In this document: positions 59,432-64,000 of the stretch, piece after piece
Position numbering within the stretch: the first letter of the stretch is position 1
Layout of the letters: each line of letters begins with the position of its first letter
DNA from: Candidatus Latescibacterota bacterium
GTDB lineage: Bacteria > Latescibacterota > UBA2968
Assembly: GCA_965204745.1 (NCBI GenBank)
Contig: OZ242010.1
Coordinates: 4,320,001 to 4,384,000 of the forward strand
Reading direction: 5' to 3'
Length of the DNA: 64,000 nt
Translations under genes and position numbers: made by a program
Notes under the pieces: generated by a model
Databases searched by the model: none
What the model saw: the letters and a program-made list of their open reading frames with translations, nothing else
What the model was told of the DNA's origin: nothing

Positions 59432-60364
59432 TCAAATTGGATTTTTGTCCGCGAGGTCGAGCGCGATTGAAATGATCGGACTATCGGCGGTTGAGCACGG
59501 GGATTCGCGTTCTCGAAATCCGATTTTTTGGTAAAAGATGCGCGCTGGATTGTCTTCTTTAACCTGAGCCTCAAGGGTGGTGGCGCCGCCGGCTGTTGCC
59601 CATTGGACAACGGCGCGCACGATTTGTTCGCCTAATTTTTGCCCCCGAACTTCGGGCGCGACCCACATGGCGGTCAGCACTGCCGCGTGGGGTGCCGTGC
59701 GATAACAACCCGCCATTCCGCCCGGCGCGTCATCTACATAAGCTATGAAATAGGCGCGATCCGACAATGTCGCATGGTCTCGCGCCATGTCGCGCCACTC
59801 GCTGTCGGTTCTTTTTTGGGCTTCTGCCAACGTTGTGCAAAAGGCATCGGCCGCGTCTTCAAGTGCGCGGAGGCGCGTGGCTTTGAGGATTTGCCATTGG
59901 CCCGCACGGATGCGGGCTATCGCGACGTTCACGGTTTGCTCCGGCAAAATTTTGGGATCGACAACCGTCAGTTCTCCCCTGCGGATGCTGCGGTAATAAC
60001 ACCCGTAGCGCGCCCGGCCATTTTCGCGGGTATGGCACGCGCCCTCGCCTTTGAGGCGCACGAGATAGAGCAGGGAATTTTGCTCGCAGTTGATGCGGAC
60101 ATCGATCAATTCGAGCGCGTTGCCAGATGTGCTACCCTTGATCCAGAGTTCATTGCGCGAGGTGCTCCAAAACGTTGCGACGCGGTGCTCAAGCGCGTGG
60201 TCAAGGGCCTGTTGATCGGCATAGCCGATCAGGAGAACGGCTTTGCTCTCCACGTCCTGCACCGCAACCGGAATGACCGGATGATCGGCCCGTGCAACTG
60301 CGCGGAGTTTTTCAAAGTCGAGGCGAATCTCGCTGCCTTCTTCGAGTGGGCGATCTATGGACAT
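59432..60364 (-). CDS. hisI: Phosphoribosyl-AMP cyclohydrolase fused to a GNAT acetyltransferase
   Basis: FWSTSRNELWIKGSTSGN...NCEQNSL...GACHT...CYYR, then MWVAPEVRGQKLG...NPARIFYQKIGF in the same frame. Confidence 0.8.
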   Translation of the reverse strand: MSIDRPLEEGSEIRLDFEKLRAVARADHPVIPVAVQDVESKAVLLIGYADQQALDHALEHRVATFWSTSRNELWIKGSTSGNALELIDVRINCEQNSLLYLVRLKGEGACHTRENGRARYGCYYRSIRRGELTVVDPKILPEQTVNVAIARIRAGQWQILKATRLRALEDAADAFCTTLAEAQKRTDSEWRDMARDHATLSDRAYFIAYVDDAPGGMAGCYRTAPHAAVLTAMWVAPEVRGQKLGEQIVRAVVQWATAGGATTLEAQVKEDNPARIFYQKIGFRERESPCSTADSPIISIALDLADKNPI

Positions 60365-60375
60365 AGCGATTTTCA

Positions 60376-60416
60376 AAATAAAAAGCCCGCTGCCGAAAAC
60401 GCGACAGCGGGCTTGT
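60376..60416 (-). terminator. Intrinsic terminator just upstream of hisI (candidate attenuator)
   Basis: Minus strand AAGCCCGCTG-tcgcgttttcgg-CAGCGGGCTT-TTTATTTT. Confidence 0.8.
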
Positions 60417-60431
60417 TCACAGGATGAATTT

Positions 60432-60572
60432 TTACCACATCTCCACCGCCGAGCGCGTTTGGCAAAAGGCCGCGTGATGGGTGAGACGGTCGACGAGTTG
60501 GACAAACGCATCCCCGACCGAAATCGCGTTCGGATTTGAGGGGATGATCGCATTGTCGATTCGCGTGTTCAT
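60432..60572 (-). CDS. Candidate leaderless leader peptide (46 aa, His-His)
   Basis: ATG lies at the predicted TSS; MNTRIDNA...LTHHAAF...EMW*; stops 15 nt before the terminator. Confidence 0.4.
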   Translation of the reverse strand: MNTRIDNAIIPSNPNAISVGDAFVQLVDRLTHHAAFCQTRSAVEMW

Positions 60573-60578
60573 AACGAA

Positions 60579-60607
60579 AAAATAGAAAGGTAGCGTCGTT
60601 GCGTCAA
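60579..60607 (-). promoter_or_regulatory. Sigma70-type promoter for the hisI-prs direction
   Basis: TTGACG-17 bp-TATTTT on the minus strand. Confidence 0.55.
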
Positions 60608-60858
60608 GGTTTTTTTCGACCAAAACAGAGAAATCGGGATATTGAGACTGCCAACTTATCGTTCAGGCTGTGGTGGGTACGGGGCGTCCGGCATCTGACG
60701 AGGGAAATTCCTCGATACTTTCGAGCAACTAGAGGGGTAGGTCTGAAAGCCCTGCAAATGCCGTTTGTTGAAAGACTTGATATTGTCGGGTAGGTGCGTT
60801 ATTTTGGGTCCGAATTGGGGATGATGGACTGCTAGCGAACGGGTATTGATAGGAGGGC

Positions 60859-61956
60859 ATGCTTATGAAAATCACGGGCGTTGATTTGATTCCGGTCGCA
60901 TCCAGACGCGAGACCGGGTCTGTGTCCCGACACGTCATTATTCGTCTGCATACGGATCATGGACTGATCGGCTTGGGCGAAATGTCCGATGTGGGCGACT
61001 GGGGTGTGATGTACGATCTCGATGATGTCAAGCGCGCGTACGAGTCCTTGCTCGTCGGAAGGGATCCCCGCGCGTGGCGTGCCATAGTCATCGCAGCGAG
61101 GTCGCGCCTGCGAATGGGTGGGGCGATTCGCGCGGGCTTCGAGATCGGGCTGTTCGATTTGATCGGCAAGATCCAAAACCAGTCGGTGGCGGGCATCTTC
61201 GGGGGTGCGTTGCGAAATGAGTTGCGCGTGTGCTACCCGATTTTCAGAAACCATTCGCGGCGAGATGCCGAGGAGAATATCGCGCGCGTCAATCGCCGCA
61301 TGAAAGAGGGGCAAGACCTGTTTCGGCTGTATCACGGGGGCAATTTGGAAGCGGACGAGATCTTTTTGGATGGCGTGAAATCGACCTGGGGAGATCAATT
61401 CGTGCTGAAATCCCTGGACTTCAGCGGCGGACTCAAATGGAAACGGGTGGTGCAAGCACTCGAGGTTCTGTTGAGATACTACGCGCCCATTCTCTTGGAG
61501 TCCGTCTCGGATCGCAAGGACCTCGAGGGCCAGTACGAGGTCCGCAAGCGGATTGACTTGCCCATCAGCGAGCACGTCAGTTCGATAAACCAAGCGTACG
61601 AATTTGCCCGACACCGGTACGTGGATATCTTCAACATCAGCCTCTCGGGCGCGGGTGGATTCACAACCGCGCTGCACATTGCCCAAGTCGCGGACGCCGC
61701 GGGCCTGTCGTGTTTGGTGGGAACGACGCAGGAACTTTCAATCGGCGTGGCCGCGCAGGCCATGTTCGGCTCGGTCGTGGAAAATCTCGATTATCCGGGC
61801 GATCCAACGGGTGGTTTGCTCTACGAGAGCGATGTGGTCAAAGAGCGCGTGCAGTACGAAAAGGGCCATCTGATCGTGCCCAAAGGGCCGGGGCTGGGCA
61901 TGGCGTTGGACGAGGAAAAACTCGGCGCGATTTCAGAGCCTTTGCGCTCTGGGTAG
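60859..61956 (+). CDS. Enolase superfamily (mandelate racemase/muconate cycloisomerase-like) protein
   Basis: IRLHTDHGLIGLGE, LFDLIGK, D/E/E ligands (SLDFS, LLESV, ISEHV), VPKGPGLG. Confidence 0.88.
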   Translation: MLMKITGVDLIPVASRRETGSVSRHVIIRLHTDHGLIGLGEMSDVGDWGVMYDLDDVKRAYESLLVGRDPRAWRAIVIAARSRLRMGGAIRAGFEIGLFDLIGKIQNQSVAGIFGGALRNELRVCYPIFRNHSRRDAEENIARVNRRMKEGQDLFRLYHGGNLEADEIFLDGVKSTWGDQFVLKSLDFSGGLKWKRVVQALEVLLRYYAPILLESVSDRKDLEGQYEVRKRIDLPISEHVSSINQAYEFARHRYVDIFNISLSGAGGFTTALHIAQVADAAGLSCLVGTTQELSIGVAAQAMFGSVVENLDYPGDPTGGLLYESDVVKERVQYEKGHLIVPKGPGLGMALDEEKLGAISEPLRSG

Positions 61957-61967
61957 GAGGCGAAACC

Positions 61968-62795
61968 ATGGCGCGACCAAGGACTTGGTTGCCGGTTGAA
62001 GGCGCGGTTGACGAGATTCTCGCCCGGGTTCCCCGGCCGTTCGACGCGATGCGGGCGGGCGAGATTCCGGCTGTGATTGTGCGGCGCGCATTTCCGGCAG
62101 AGCACTGCGCGGCACTCATCGCGCGGTTTTACAAACGCGGTCTCCTGTACGACCCGCGCGAAAAGGGCGAACCCCGCCGCGTTGACATCGGCACGAGCTT
62201 GGGCCATCTCGCCCGCGATCCTGACGCCTTCTACGACCATGCGCGGCAGACCCACGCCCTCTTCGCGTCCCTCTTCAACGGGTTCGATGATCCGGTGCAA
62301 ACGCTCTACGACGCGCTCGCCAAAATGCTTCCGCACAAGCGGGTGATGACAGCGCGTAGCCCTGACGGTCGGCTTTACGGCCCCGCGATTTTCAGAACCT
62401 ACTATGAGGGGTTGGGCCACTATCCGCATTATGATTCCGTATCCAAGCGGTCCAAACGCTACGAATTTTCCGCGTCTCGATTCGACCATCAGTTCGCGGG
62501 TGTGCTCTGCTTTCAGAACAGCGAAGTCCGAGGCGACAGCGGGGAGGGCATCCTGTACAACGCGCCCATGGCGCCCGAGTTTCAAGGCCCGCTCGACGAA
62601 AAGCGGTTTCGGGAATACGCGGATCAGCAGGGCATTGCGCGCGTGCAAGTCCACCTCGAACCGGGGGATCTCTACTTTTTTTATTCCGAGACGATTCACG
62701 AAGTCCCCTTTGTCGTCGGCGATGTGCCGCGCGTCGTCCTCGCGTCGTTCATCGGTATGTCCGAGGACGATCCCGAGGTCTATGTCTGGTCTTGA
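61968..62795 (+). CDS. Putative 2OG-Fe(II) oxygenase-fold protein
   Basis: PHYD...LEPGDLYFF...IHEV...PRVV (HxD...H...R). Confidence 0.65.
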   Translation: MARPRTWLPVEGAVDEILARVPRPFDAMRAGEIPAVIVRRAFPAEHCAALIARFYKRGLLYDPREKGEPRRVDIGTSLGHLARDPDAFYDHARQTHALFASLFNGFDDPVQTLYDALAKMLPHKRVMTARSPDGRLYGPAIFRTYYEGLGHYPHYDSVSKRSKRYEFSASRFDHQFAGVLCFQNSEVRGDSGEGILYNAPMAPEFQGPLDEKRFREYADQQGIARVQVHLEPGDLYFFYSETIHEVPFVVGDVPRVVLASFIGMSEDDPEVYVWS

Positions 62796-62964
62796 AGGCG
62801 ATCAGCTCCGCACTTCGGTGAGACGTAAGAGGGGAGAGGCAAGAGGGGAGAGGGGATTTTAGCCACAAAAGGCACAAAAGGCACAAAAGGTGAGCAGTGT
62901 GTAGGGGCAATGCCCCTGTGCTCGCCCAAAGCGGTGAGAGGGGAGAAGTAAGAGGGGAGAAGTA

Positions 62965-64000
62965 AGATACTCTCTTAAAAGGTCAAGGGGTTTTCGGGGT
63001 GATTCGATAGAATTTTTCGCCCTCAAAATCTTGGTCATGGCGCAACATGCCCCAGATCGAATGGAGCAACTTTCGCATCACCGCAACGATAGCCTGCAAA
63101 GGTTTCTTGCCGCGGGCGATGAGTTGGTCATAGAAGGCTTTGACATGGCCTTCGTGTCTGATGGCCACCCAGGCAGGCATATAGAGGGCATGGCGGAGGT
63201 ACTTATTCCCGGTTTTCGAGATGCGTCTTTGTGGATTGGCGGTTCCGGATTGTTTGGGTTTGGGATCCAGGCCTGCATGTGCGACCCACTGGGGCGGTTG
63301 CATCTCCTCTGGCAAAAGGGTCAACTCGGCCAAGAGCCGCAAGGCACTCGTTTGCGCGATGCCAGGCGTCGAGCAGAGGCGTTGGTAGGCACGCTTGAGG
63401 GGCTCATCGTGCAAAACGAGATCGAGGGCTTGGCTTTCCAAGTATGCAATCCGGCGTTTGAAGTGTCGAATATTCACCTGAATATCGCGTGCGATGAGAC
63501 GTGTGCTGCGGATGTGGTAGCTCTGCGCGTGGTTGCGGCTCTGTTCGCGGATGATCTCCTGCTTGAGTTGGTCAATGCGTCTGGTGAGGGCTTGCAGTTG
63601 AAGCCGTTGCTCGCTCGGCGCTTGCCAAGGCACAAAAGGCATGCGCTCGGCATAGTCGAGGATCAACAACGCATCCTTCGCATCCGTCTTCGCCCGTTGC
63701 ATGCAGGCTTGGGCGTACTTGCTCATCGCTTTGGGATTGACGACCATGACCTTTGTGTGGCGATGCCGATGCAAGGCCAAGGCCACCCCCAAACTGTAAA
63801 GCCCGGTCGCTTCGAGGCACACAGAGACCATGTGCCCGCCCTTCGTGAGCCACTTCAGCAACCGCTTATGCGCTTGGGGATCATTGGCAAAGGTCGCTTG
63901 CATGACAGCTTGTCCGGGTCTGGACAGGGCAACGGACAACGTGCGGGCACTGACATCAATGCCGGCAAAAGCGGGGTGAGATTTCGACATGGGGGCCTCC
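62965..64000 (-). mobile_element. IS110 family element (left end outside the window)
   Basis: Short right end TTGACCttttaagagagtatCT after the transposase; no TIR. Confidence 0.88.
62983..63990 (-). CDS. IS110 family DEDD recombinase/transposase
   Basis: GIDVS, CLEATG, KTDAKDA, AGLDPKPKQSG, SKTGNKYLRHALY. Confidence 0.95.
   Translation of the reverse strand: MSKSHPAFAGIDVSARTLSVALSRPGQAVMQATFANDPQAHKRLLKWLTKGGHMVSVCLEATGLYSLGVALALHRHRHTKVMVVNPKAMSKYAQACMQRAKTDAKDALLILDYAERMPFVPWQAPSEQRLQLQALTRRIDQLKQEIIREQSRNHAQSYHIRSTRLIARDIQVNIRHFKRRIAYLESQALDLVLHDEPLKRAYQRLCSTPGIAQTSALRLLAELTLLPEEMQPPQWVAHAGLDPKPKQSGTANPQRRISKTGNKYLRHALYMPAWVAIRHEGHVKAFYDQLIARGKKPLQAIVAVMRKLLHSIWGMLRHDQDFEGEKFYRITPKTP

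Noticed and set aside
60695-60717. Hammerhead ribozyme core (CTGACGA...)
   Set aside because: The stem is followed by GATA rather than GAAA, and no stem I/III arrangement with an NUH site was found.

Overview
Bacterial chromosomal window of moderately high GC. Sulfatases, a PhyH remnant, a secreted protease with a dockerin/EF-hand-like tail and dense short repeats suggest an uncultured FCB-group organism such as a Latescibacterota/Gemmatimonadota-like, possibly sponge-associated lineage; this is inference only. Housekeeping genes (queE, selAB, purB, rplM-rpsI-rpsB-tsf-frr, aroC, prs, hisI) and catabolic genes (two sulfatases, a form II coxSLMG-type molybdoenzyme, oxidoreductases) are interleaved with accessory DNA. 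Main observations: (1) a nurA / HAS-barrel / herA operon is split by a translationally coupled array of three intact DNA methyltransferases, where the neighbouring restriction enzymes appear to survive only as C-terminal stubs, plus toxin-antitoxin pairs; (2) an IS607 element with a Fanzor-like TnpB sits exactly on the TTG start codon of rpsI and rebuilds its translation start; (3) an unannotated promoter-sORF-structured RNA-terminator unit lies upstream of rplM; (4) IS110 junctions fall at CT cores inside short genomic repeats; (5) IS5-derived MITEs share ends but carry different internal modules; (6) two ABC-ATPase plus putative nuclease pairs occur in tandem; (7) a candidate His attenuator precedes a HisI-GNAT fusion. 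No rRNA, tRNA or CRISPR array was seen. All family assignments come from motif recognition by eye, not database searches.
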